Position numbers and translations under genes: made by a program | Notes under the pieces: model-generated | What the model saw: only the letters and a program-made list of their open reading frames with translations | What the model was told of the DNA's origin: nothing | The model's database searches: none | DNA from: Acaryochloris thomasi RCC1774 | GTDB lineage: Bacteria; Cyanobacteriota; Cyanobacteriia; Thermosynechococcales; Thermosynechococcaceae | Direction of reading: 5' to 3' | Length of the DNA: 32,000 nucleotides | NCBI RefSeq assembly: GCF_003231495.1 | Contig: NZ_PQWO01000026.1 | Coordinates: forward strand, 20,987 to 52,986 | In this document: piece by piece, positions 17,057-24,895 of the stretch | Layout: every line of letters begins with the position of its first letter | How positions within the stretch are numbered: position 1 is the stretch's first letter

Positions 17057-17315
17057 GTTGCGGTCACTCAATTCACAAACAGTAACAGGAGATTCAGTTT
17101 TCTTTTTCTCCCATGACATAGAATTAAAGTATTGCAATGATTAAGGCTGTTTTTCAGAAGAGACGCTTAGACCGCTCTCGTTCTTAACAACCCCAGCCCC
17201 GTCATCCTGCCCGGTGTGAGAGAGATTAAGGCCATCAATACAGCGCCCCATAGAAATCTGTCTTGATACAGATTCTGTAGGGCTGCCGAAATTCACTCCC
17301 AAGGAAGAACTGGAC

Positions 17316-18632
17316 ATGAAAGGGGCAATTGTTGCTGCACTCACGCTTCCCTGTTTAATCGCGACAGGGACGACAGCCTATAGCCAAGTGCCAGGAGAAG
17401 CTGGCCTGAGGCTAGAAACAGACGAGATTACCACCACATTTCAGGGGTATCTAGCCCAGTTTGGGGGAGACTGTCCCGGTAGCGAATGGTCTGGACCTGC
17501 GGCCAGCGACGATATTCGGTTCATTTCTTTTTTGACGCCGCCTGCTGAGAGCCGGAAAGTTCAGCTAACGAGCCTAACGACAGGCGAAAGTCTGGAGAAG
17601 GCGTACGAACAGGAAAGTAAAGGATCGTCAGATTTCTCATTACAAAAGCTCGGAGAGACTGACGGCATCCACGAGATTGAATATCTAATCTTTGATAAAG
17701 ATACGGAGAGCGTTCTTGAAGAAGGTTCATTTACCTACACCATAACCACATCGCAGACCGTTCTTTACGATTCTGGTCAATGGCCGGAAAGCCACTATTG
17801 CCATGATGTAGCCAGCAGCTATACCCACTTTGGGGCTATCGGTTTTGGCGGTATAGGCCTTTACTATTGGCCTTACCTCGGAGGCCATCACGGCAGGCGG
17901 CTGCAGCACAGGCACTATCTGAAACACAAGCATTTTCTAAAAGGTAAACATCTAAAAGAAAAGCAGCACTTTAAATCTCACTTCAAGCAGCACGAACATC
18001 TGCCTCACAAACCTATGCAGGCGAAAAAGCGAGGAGACGCCCACAAAGCGCTGCCGTCAAAGATGAAGTCGCAGCAGGTCCATTCTCCTCACTCAAAAAG
18101 GAAAGCGCTGCCGCAGCAGCCCGCAAAACCGCGTCCTCAAAAGAAAGCTGTAGAAGTAAAGCAATCAGAGGTTGTCAAGCCGCGGCCAAAGACTACCCAA
18201 CAAAGGCAGAGACAGCCCTCACGCACGCAGGCTCCACCGCCAATCAGGCCAACAGAGAGGCAGAAGCGAGAGATAATTGTCCCTCGCAAGACTGAGCAGA
18301 GAAACAAACTCTCACCGCAGCGGATCAAGCCGAATCAAAAAGCGGCACCTATCAAAAAGCGGAAGGTCGTTAGGACAAGTCCTCGAAAAGCAATCAAGAC
18401 AAAAACGGTAAAGAAGAAGCAAACGCCTCTTCAACAGCGCAGAAGTCGTCTCCAAAGAAGGCGTGGGGTTAGGCCGCCGAGTCGAACCTCAACCCCTTCC
18501 CGGCAGTACGGGCAGCGAAGGGCGATTTATCAAGCAGCACCCAGACAAATACAGCGACGGAGCAGAAGAAGGGCTAAGCCTCAGTCCAAGAGACAAGCGA
18601 ACAGGCGAACTCGAAGGCCGATCCAAAGATGA
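17316..18632 (+). CDS. Secreted protein: signal peptide, globular domain of about 190 aa, and a long His/Lys then Lys/Arg/Gln/Pro-rich polybasic tail
   Basis: 438-aa uninterrupted ORF. N-terminal MKGAIVAALTLPCLIATGTTAYSQ looks like a Sec signal. The tail begins at HHGRRLQHRHYLKHKHFLKGKHLKEKQHFKSHFKQHEH and runs to the C-terminus (…RRSRRRAKPQSKRQANRRTRRPIQR). Confidence 0.7.
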   Translation: MKGAIVAALTLPCLIATGTTAYSQVPGEAGLRLETDEITTTFQGYLAQFGGDCPGSEWSGPAASDDIRFISFLTPPAESRKVQLTSLTTGESLEKAYEQESKGSSDFSLQKLGETDGIHEIEYLIFDKDTESVLEEGSFTYTITTSQTVLYDSGQWPESHYCHDVASSYTHFGAIGFGGIGLYYWPYLGGHHGRRLQHRHYLKHKHFLKGKHLKEKQHFKSHFKQHEHLPHKPMQAKKRGDAHKALPSKMKSQQVHSPHSKRKALPQQPAKPRPQKKAVEVKQSEVVKPRPKTTQQRQRQPSRTQAPPPIRPTERQKREIIVPRKTEQRNKLSPQRIKPNQKAAPIKKRKVVRTSPRKAIKTKTVKKKQTPLQQRRSRLQRRRGVRPPSRTSTPSRQYGQRRAIYQAAPRQIQRRSRRRAKPQSKRQANRRTRRPIQR

Positions 18633-18724
18633 GGGGGATGGAGCTGCTTACGAGACAAGGTCAGGTCTGGCTCATCCGCCGTCGATCTTCGACGGTTATC
18701 AATCCCCGTTGATGAGCCCTCAAT

Positions 18725-19231
18725 TCGAATTCTATTCTTGACGGCAGTTCGTTCCTCAACCAATTGTTGGCGTGTTCGTGATACTAATCGATGAGATTCT
18801 TCTGCTTCACTCGGAATACGAATTCCTGGCAAACGCCTCACTTCAATCAATGCAGAGAGTTTGAGAGCATCTCGTTGATCTATTTTGACCCGATTTTAGA
18901 CTGTCGTTTCAATGCTGGCGGCATTGACGACTTGATTAGCGATGCCTACATTTGTTAGCTGCCGATGCAAGATAAAGCCTGAGAAGCCGGCTTCGTAAAC
19001 ACTATGGAGCAGGGCTTTAGGAAAATAGGCTGTGAGCTGATGGGCAAGTTTCACTGGGTCTACTAACGTCTGCCATTTCTTGACCAGCCCTCCCTCCATC
19101 ACCACTGCAACTGAGTAGGTGTATTTATGACCATCAATACCAATGAAGAGGTTTTTACCTTCGTATGATTGCTGCCTTAATGAGCTGTTCAGAGCAATCT
19201 CCTTTGGGACGATTACTTGTCGTCTCTTCAA
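18725..19231 (-). pseudogene. IS110-family transposase, N-terminal (DEDD/RuvC-like) part only; in-frame stop and 3-prime truncation
   Basis: TTG start at 19231. LFIGIDGHKYTYSVAVV matches the IS110 GID.HK motif. An in-frame TAA at 18896-18898 interrupts ...AASIETTV*NRVKIDQRDALKLSALIEVRRLPGIRIPSEAEESHRLVSRTRQQLVEERTAVKNRIR. Recognisable similarity ends near 18725 (boundary approximate). The C-terminal half of a normal transposase of about 340-400 aa is absent. Confidence 0.75.
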
Positions 19232-19288
19232 TCACTAGCCTAACGGCTAGCCCTAGACACAACTCATCATAGAGACAACATGACCTTT
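19218..19288. repeat. Copy (B) of the hairpin-containing repeat, at the 5-prime end of the IS110 transposase gene
   Basis: See copy A. The hairpin GCTAGCCTAACGGCTAGC is at 19235-19252. Confidence 0.7.
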
Positions 19289-19412
19289 TTTCTGATTAAC
19301 CGCAGATTTTGTCAGCAAGATGCGATCTCGCTGAGTTCTGGCTTTCTAAGCCAAGCTATGATGAACGTCTAGGACAAACGCGATCGAGTAAGGAAAGCCT
19401 CGTTATTTTGCC

Positions 19413-20282
19413 ATGGTTAATTCTGCAGGATCAGCAGTTAGAGAAACAGGCGTCGATGGCCGAGAATGGTGGGCACAGCGCTGGGTTGACGTTCTAGAAT
19501 CCTTCGGATGGCGTCGCCGTCTTGAAAGGGCACGCAATTACGTGCGTGAAGGACGAGTGTTAGAGCTGACCTTCGAAGGGCCAGAGGTCTCAGCTCTAGT
19601 TCAAGGAACGGCTCCAGACCCCTATGAGGTCACTCTGTCCCTTGACCCTTTTGATGATGAGCAGTGGTCTTATGTGATTGAGGAACTATCACAACGCGCT
19701 ATCTTTGCTGCCAAGCTGCTGGCTGGTGAAATGCCGCAGAATATAGAAGAAGCCTTTACCGCTAGTGGATTGAGCCTATTTCCGTTTAGCAAGTTTGATA
19801 TTCACAGCCGCTGCAACTGCCCCGATCCGGTTAACCCCTGTAAGCACATCGGAGCGGTTTACTATCTCCTAGGAAATCAATTTAGCCAGGATCCGTTTAT
19901 TCTATTTCAGTTAAGGGGACGGACAAAAACTTCTATTATTGAGGCGCTGCGTCAGAATCGCAGTAAGACTTCTGAAACAGATCAATCAAAGGAGCAGAAA
20001 CAACAGACTGAATCATCTACTGCTGTGAAGCTTGACGCAGGGTTCTGGTCCTATAGCGAGCAGCTTGATCCTTCTTTAGTGGTGATCGCACCTCCCCCAA
20101 CGTCTGAGACCGTGATTGATGTTTTGGGGCCGATGCCTACTGAATCATTTTCCCAGACCGGCACCGGAACACCGTCCAAGATTTCTGATGGGCAAAAGTT
20201 ACTGGAGTATCTGAAGGATGTTTATCAGCGAACGGGACAGCAGGCTATGATGATGGCCATGTTGAGCCGAGATTCTGATTGA
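19413..20282 (+). CDS. SWIM zinc-finger domain protein
   Basis: 289 aa. CNCPDPVNPCKHIGAVYYLL is a C-x-C-x(n)-C-x-H SWIM signature. The N-terminal WWAQRWVDVLESFGW...RLERARNYVREGRV is typical of this bacterial SWIM family. Confidence 0.85.
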   Translation: MVNSAGSAVRETGVDGREWWAQRWVDVLESFGWRRRLERARNYVREGRVLELTFEGPEVSALVQGTAPDPYEVTLSLDPFDDEQWSYVIEELSQRAIFAAKLLAGEMPQNIEEAFTASGLSLFPFSKFDIHSRCNCPDPVNPCKHIGAVYYLLGNQFSQDPFILFQLRGRTKTSIIEALRQNRSKTSETDQSKEQKQQTESSTAVKLDAGFWSYSEQLDPSLVVIAPPPTSETVIDVLGPMPTESFSQTGTGTPSKISDGQKLLEYLKDVYQRTGQQAMMMAMLSRDSD

Positions 20283-21904
20283 TGCAGCCTCTAACAGCAT
20301 CCCCAAAATGGTTCGTGCCTGGGGATATTGATGGTTTTTTTGGCCTGTTGGTTGATAACTTAATTCAGATTCTACTGATTGTGGGATTGTGTCAGGGCGT
20401 ATTGGGTTTCCCTGCAGAACTAATCTTTGCTCGTATTTTGCCTGGAGTGGCCTTGAGCCTGATTCTAGGAAATGCTTACTATAGCTGGCTGGCCTATCAG
20501 CAAGGGAAGCGAGAACAGCGTGATGATTTAACGGCGCTGCCCTACGGCATCAATACAGTGAGTTTGTTTGCCTATATTTTTTTGGTGATGTTGCCGGTTA
20601 AGCTGTTGGCTATCAATCAGGGGAGCAGTCCGGCGCAAGCTGCAGAAACCGCATGGCAGGCGGGACTGGTTGCTTGTCTGGGATCGGGTTTGATTGAACT
20701 AGGTGGTGCCTGGTTCGGGGAGCGATTACGAAGGGTTGCCCCTCGTGCCGCGATGCTCTCGACGTTGGCGGGAATCGCGCTGACGTTTATTGCGATCGGC
20801 TTTTTGTTTCGCACGTTTGCCAATCCGATGGTGGGCATTTTGCCGTTGGGCGTCATTTTGCTCAGTTACTTTGGGGGTGTTAAGTTTGGAATTCCAGGCG
20901 GGTTGTTTGCGGTTCTACTGGGTGTTTTGCTGTCGTGGACTACTGGGTTAACGATCTGGGACGGTCAGCAGTGGAGTGCGGCGATAGATTCTTTGGGTGT
21001 ATACGTACCTAAGCTTTGGATTGGTGGACTTTGGGAGCAGCGAGGCGTGTTGCTGCAGTATTTCACCATTATTTTGCCAATGGGCTTGTTCAATCTGGTG
21101 GGCAGCTTGCAGAATCTGGAAAGTGCGGCGGCGGCGGGAGATCGCTATCCCACAACCCCCTGTCTAGCTGCTAACGGCATTGGTACCATCGTCGCAGCCT
21201 TCTGTGGCTCCTGTTTTCCTACCACTATCTACATCGGGCATCCCGGCTGGAAGGAGATGGGGGCTAGAGTTGGATACTCTTGGCTAAATGGATTAGTTTT
21301 AGGTGTGCTTTGCTTGACAGGCAGCATCAGCATTCTGACGTATTTAGTGCCAATTGATGCCGGGATGGCGATTGTTCTGTGGATTGGCATCGTGATCGTG
21401 GCCCAGAGCTTCACGGTGACTCCCCTGCGCCATGCACCTGCGGTCGTGGTAGGTCTTTTGCCTGGGATTGCTGGATGGGCTGCTTTGATCGCAAAGAATA
21501 GCTTCCGAGCCGCAGGACTAGGGACGCCGGAGCAACCCTTTCAACCCGACGTATTGGTTCCTGCTTTGCGGCTGAGTGATATCTATATTGAAGGGGCGTT
21601 TGCACTAGAGCAGGGCGTTATTTTATCTGCAATGCTACTGTCTGGAATGACGGTTTACATTATTGATCGAGATTTTGGGAAAGCGGCTCTGTGGTCATTG
21701 ATCGCGGCATTACTCTCCTGGATAGGGCTGATTCACAGCTTCCAGTGGACGCCCACTGACACCGTAGTGAAACTGGGATGGGGGGCTGGAGCGCAGTGGG
21801 CTGTTAGTTATTTATTACTTACCCTGTTGTTTCTCTATGCTGCTTGGCGGACTCGGCTACAGAAAAACAATACTCTTGAAGCAGATCTTGAACAAAGGCC
21901 TTAG
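20282..21904 (+). CDS. Polytopic membrane permease, NCS2/AzgA-like (xanthine/uracil-permease superfamily)
   Basis: About 540 aa and highly hydrophobic, with many predicted TM helices. ATG 20282 overlaps the SWIM stop (TGATG). FNLVGSLQNL...ANGIGTIVAAFCGSCFPTTIYIGHPGWKEMGARVGYSWLNG parallels the AzgA/AdeP pattern NLFDSSGTL...G..G.s..T.YiES..G...GgRTG. Family assignment is moderate confidence. Confidence 0.75.
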   Translation: MQPLTASPKWFVPGDIDGFFGLLVDNLIQILLIVGLCQGVLGFPAELIFARILPGVALSLILGNAYYSWLAYQQGKREQRDDLTALPYGINTVSLFAYIFLVMLPVKLLAINQGSSPAQAAETAWQAGLVACLGSGLIELGGAWFGERLRRVAPRAAMLSTLAGIALTFIAIGFLFRTFANPMVGILPLGVILLSYFGGVKFGIPGGLFAVLLGVLLSWTTGLTIWDGQQWSAAIDSLGVYVPKLWIGGLWEQRGVLLQYFTIILPMGLFNLVGSLQNLESAAAAGDRYPTTPCLAANGIGTIVAAFCGSCFPTTIYIGHPGWKEMGARVGYSWLNGLVLGVLCLTGSISILTYLVPIDAGMAIVLWIGIVIVAQSFTVTPLRHAPAVVVGLLPGIAGWAALIAKNSFRAAGLGTPEQPFQPDVLVPALRLSDIYIEGAFALEQGVILSAMLLSGMTVYIIDRDFGKAALWSLIAALLSWIGLIHSFQWTPTDTVVKLGWGAGAQWAVSYLLLTLLFLYAAWRTRLQKNNTLEADLEQRP

Positions 21905-23076
21905 CCAGATGTTTGCCAGTACTGATAGGCTGCATAGGCCATTGTCATTACTCCCGTAACAATAGCGGATTCATCAGCTTTAAATTCAGGGTGATGGAGT
22001 GGGTGATTGATCCGTTCGTGGTGTCCAACACCCAGGCGAAACATCGAACCTGGCGCATGTTCTAGATATAAGGAAAAATCTTCGGCTCCTAATGATGCTT
22101 CTGGAAGAACCTGGATTTTTTCTGATCCCCAGAGTTGTTGGGCGGAAGATTCAATCAGCTTTGTGAGACCGGTGTTGTTGCGCACTGCAGGAACTCCGGC
22201 CTGAAAATCAACATGGTACTTGGCGCCGTAAGGCTGACAGATACCCGCGACTATTGCTTCGATCCACTGGGGGAGTTGCTCGCGAGTTTCTGGATGCAAT
22301 GATCTCACCGTGCCCTGCAAATGGACCTGATCGGCAATCACGTTGGGGGCTCGTCCTCCATTGATTTGACCAATGGTGAGCACCACTGGTCGGAGTGGAT
22401 TTTGAGTTCGACTAATAGCTTGTTGAAGTGTTGTAATGACCTGAGCTGCAATCCAGATGGCGTCTGTTGCTTCGTGGGGGCGAGCGCCGTGACCTGATTC
22501 TCCGATGATTGTGATTTCTAGGTTGTCGGCAGCAGCTGTTAAGCTACCGTAGCGAACAGCAACGGTACCGGCAGGAATGCTAGGGAAGACGTGGGTTGAA
22601 AGAATAGCACTGACGTTTTCCATAGCGCCATCGTCGATCATCCACTTGGCTCCTTGGGCAATCTCTTCAGCGGGCTGAAATAGGAAACGAACGTTACCGG
22701 GGAGCTGCAGTTCTGCCAGGATCATGGCGGTTCCTAATCCCACGGTGGTGTGAATGTCGTGACCGCAGGCATGCATGATCCCTGGCTTGCGTGAAGCAAA
22801 TGTGAGCTCCGTCATTTCTTGGATGGGTAGGGCATCCATATCAGTCCGAATGGCTAACTGGCGAAGATCTTGACCGCTACCTCGAAGGTCACCGACGACT
22901 CCCGTTTTACCAACTCCCTCTTCTACTCGGAGACCGCAGGAGGACAATACTCCGGCAACATAAGCTGCCGTTTGGTGTTCTTGACCACTGAGCTCTGGAT
23001 AGGTGTGAAGGTGCCGGCGGATTTCAATAAGACGAGGTGCAAGGGTCTCGGCTAGGTTTTTAATCTGGGTAAGCAT
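21901..23076 (-). CDS. M20D-family amidohydrolase (N-acyl-amino-acid amidohydrolase / hippurate hydrolase-like)
   Basis: 391 aa. MHACGHDIHT, LFQPAEE, and GESGHGARPHEATDAI are the metal-binding and catalytic signatures of the M20D family. Confidence 0.9.
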   Translation of the reverse strand: MLTQIKNLAETLAPRLIEIRRHLHTYPELSGQEHQTAAYVAGVLSSCGLRVEEGVGKTGVVGDLRGSGQDLRQLAIRTDMDALPIQEMTELTFASRKPGIMHACGHDIHTTVGLGTAMILAELQLPGNVRFLFQPAEEIAQGAKWMIDDGAMENVSAILSTHVFPSIPAGTVAVRYGSLTAAADNLEITIIGESGHGARPHEATDAIWIAAQVITTLQQAISRTQNPLRPVVLTIGQINGGRAPNVIADQVHLQGTVRSLHPETREQLPQWIEAIVAGICQPYGAKYHVDFQAGVPAVRNNTGLTKLIESSAQQLWGSEKIQVLPEASLGAEDFSLYLEHAPGSMFRLGVGHHERINHPLHHPEFKADESAIVTGVMTMAYAAYQYWQTSG

Positions 23077-23266
23077 AGATTTGGGACGATCACGACTTTT
23101 GGTCAGGTCGTGCTGGATCAGAAAAGCTAAAGGCTATCTGTTCCTAGGATAAACGGATACAGAAAAACTCTGCATGCCAATAAACATTCAGGAATGCGTA
23201 TAAAAGCCGACATTCCGGCCTAAATTGGTGCTCGATCCACTATACGGAAGCTTAATATTTTGCTGA

Positions 23267-24895
23267 TTAGAGGCGCTTGAGGTTGTCAGCCTGCTTTGTG
23301 AATTTATCTGTGAAGATGCTCATGATCGTTCGCTTACGAACTTTGATATTTACATTGACTGACATGCCAGACTGCAGCGGCAGGTTAAGGTCATTCTTGG
23401 TAAGCCTTTGTTCTTCTAAATCAATCGTCGCGGGAAAACTATAGAATTGGCGCACTTCTGTCGGGGGCAGTGCATCGGACCCTATTGAGGTGAGTGTTCC
23501 TTTGACATCACCAAATTCACTGAAAGGGAAGGAGTCAATGCGAACATCGACCTTAAGTTCTCCTTTTTTTTCAAAATTTTGTTTCACAAAGCCAATCTCT
23601 TGATTGGTAATGAAAACCTTGGCTTGTAGATTATCTGCAGGCACAATCTTTAAAATTGGCTCGCTAGCGTTGACCACAAAACCACTGGTGTTGGGTTTGA
23701 GGTCAAATACGACACCATCGACGGGTGCTCTTAGCTCTTGGTATTTCATCGTCACCTGTGCTTGGTTCAGGCGGTTGTCGATTTCAGCGATTTGACGTTT
23801 ATTATCTTCAATTTGTTTGTCGTCTGCGATCGCTTCTTTGCTTAACTGGCTATCAATTCCCGCAATACTTTGCCGATTGGCTGCCATACGGTCTTGAATG
23901 GTTCGTTTGTCAGTGGCACCTTGGTTGCGCCCTTCCGCCCGTGTCTGAGCTGTGCGTTCTAGGATTTGACTTTTTTCTTTTCGTAACCGAATCTCTTCTT
24001 TCTGGAGGCGGGCGACTTCAGCTAGCCCTGTTTGCACCTCGTTTAACTGGTTTTTGTACTGGATTTTCGCAATTCCACCTTTTTCAAAAACCTCTTTGAT
24101 ATCATTAGCTGTTTCTTGATTAAGCTTTAGGGTTTCCTTGCTGCTCTCTAGCTGAATTTGGTTCTGCTCAAGTTCAATATTTTTGGCTGCCAACTCTTCA
24201 CTGAGCTGGGCTAAGCGTGCGGACAAACTGGCTTCATTCGATGATTTCTGTGCCAGACCAGATTGCAAGCGCGCCAACTCTTCTGCTGAAAAATTAGAGC
24301 TGGTTGCTTCGCCACTGAGCTGGGCTCTCAGAAGCCGATTCTCTTCAATGAGAGCTTGACGATCCTGTGTTTTAGAGCGTCGGGAGGATAAGTTTCCGAT
24401 CTGTTCACTACCGCTTCCCAGGGTTGGATTAGCATAAAGCTGATTTTGTCGTACTAAGTTGGCCCGAATGCGCCGTAGCGAAGCTAATTCCGAACTTGTG
24501 GCCTCAGGATCTAAACTAAGCAAGAGCTGGCCTTTTTTGACCCGTTCACCATCCTTGACGTGAATTTCGCTGACGACACCAGAGACAGGGGGCTGAATTT
24601 CTTTGACGGCTCCCAGAGGTTCTAATTGACCTGTTGCTGGGATCGCTTCTTCAAGTTTTAGGACGAACGCGAGCAAAATAGCGATAGCGGTGCCGCTGAT
24701 AATGGTCCAAATGATAATGCGTGACCACAGCGGTGACTGCTTGAGCACGACTGGACGATCGAATTGCGTAACGGCGCGATTCCGCTCTGCTGGCATCGGG
24801 AGCTGCCCGTTCCCGTTTTGGCTGATGCTTTTGCCATTGTTGTGACCGTTCGTCTGAGGAGACGTTTGGCGCCCATTCGCAGAAATATTTGTCAT
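23267..24895 (-). CDS. HlyD-family membrane fusion / type I secretion adaptor protein
   Basis: 542 aa. N-terminal TM (WSRIIIWTIISGTAIAILLAFVL), a long coiled-coil middle, and C-terminal beta-barrel motifs (LRAPVDGVVFDL, GMSVNVNIKV). The start overlaps the ABC stop (ATGA). Confidence 0.9.
   Translation of the reverse strand: MTNISANGRQTSPQTNGHNNGKSISQNGNGQLPMPAERNRAVTQFDRPVVLKQSPLWSRIIIWTIISGTAIAILLAFVLKLEEAIPATGQLEPLGAVKEIQPPVSGVVSEIHVKDGERVKKGQLLLSLDPEATSSELASLRRIRANLVRQNQLYANPTLGSGSEQIGNLSSRRSKTQDRQALIEENRLLRAQLSGEATSSNFSAEELARLQSGLAQKSSNEASLSARLAQLSEELAAKNIELEQNQIQLESSKETLKLNQETANDIKEVFEKGGIAKIQYKNQLNEVQTGLAEVARLQKEEIRLRKEKSQILERTAQTRAEGRNQGATDKRTIQDRMAANRQSIAGIDSQLSKEAIADDKQIEDNKRQIAEIDNRLNQAQVTMKYQELRAPVDGVVFDLKPNTSGFVVNASEPILKIVPADNLQAKVFITNQEIGFVKQNFEKKGELKVDVRIDSFPFSEFGDVKGTLTSIGSDALPPTEVRQFYSFPATIDLEEQRLTKNDLNLPLQSGMSVNVNIKVRKRTIMSIFTDKFTKQADNLKRL

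Larger units (their letters stand above)
18725..19288 (-). mobile_element. Decayed IS110-family insertion sequence remnant (left end plus truncated transposase)
   Basis: It combines the transposase pseudogene with the upstream segment of about 57 bp (19232-19288) that is repeated at 15321-15390. No terminal inverted repeats were seen, which is consistent with IS110-family elements generally lacking them. Confidence 0.6.

Noticed and set aside
18463-18741. Plus-strand 92-codon ORF, and the distal part (18581-18724) of the minus-strand ORF, at the 3-prime end of the polybasic gene
   Set aside because: They overlap the 438-codon gene out of frame. The minus-strand frame loses transposase similarity after about 18725 and merely stays open by chance.
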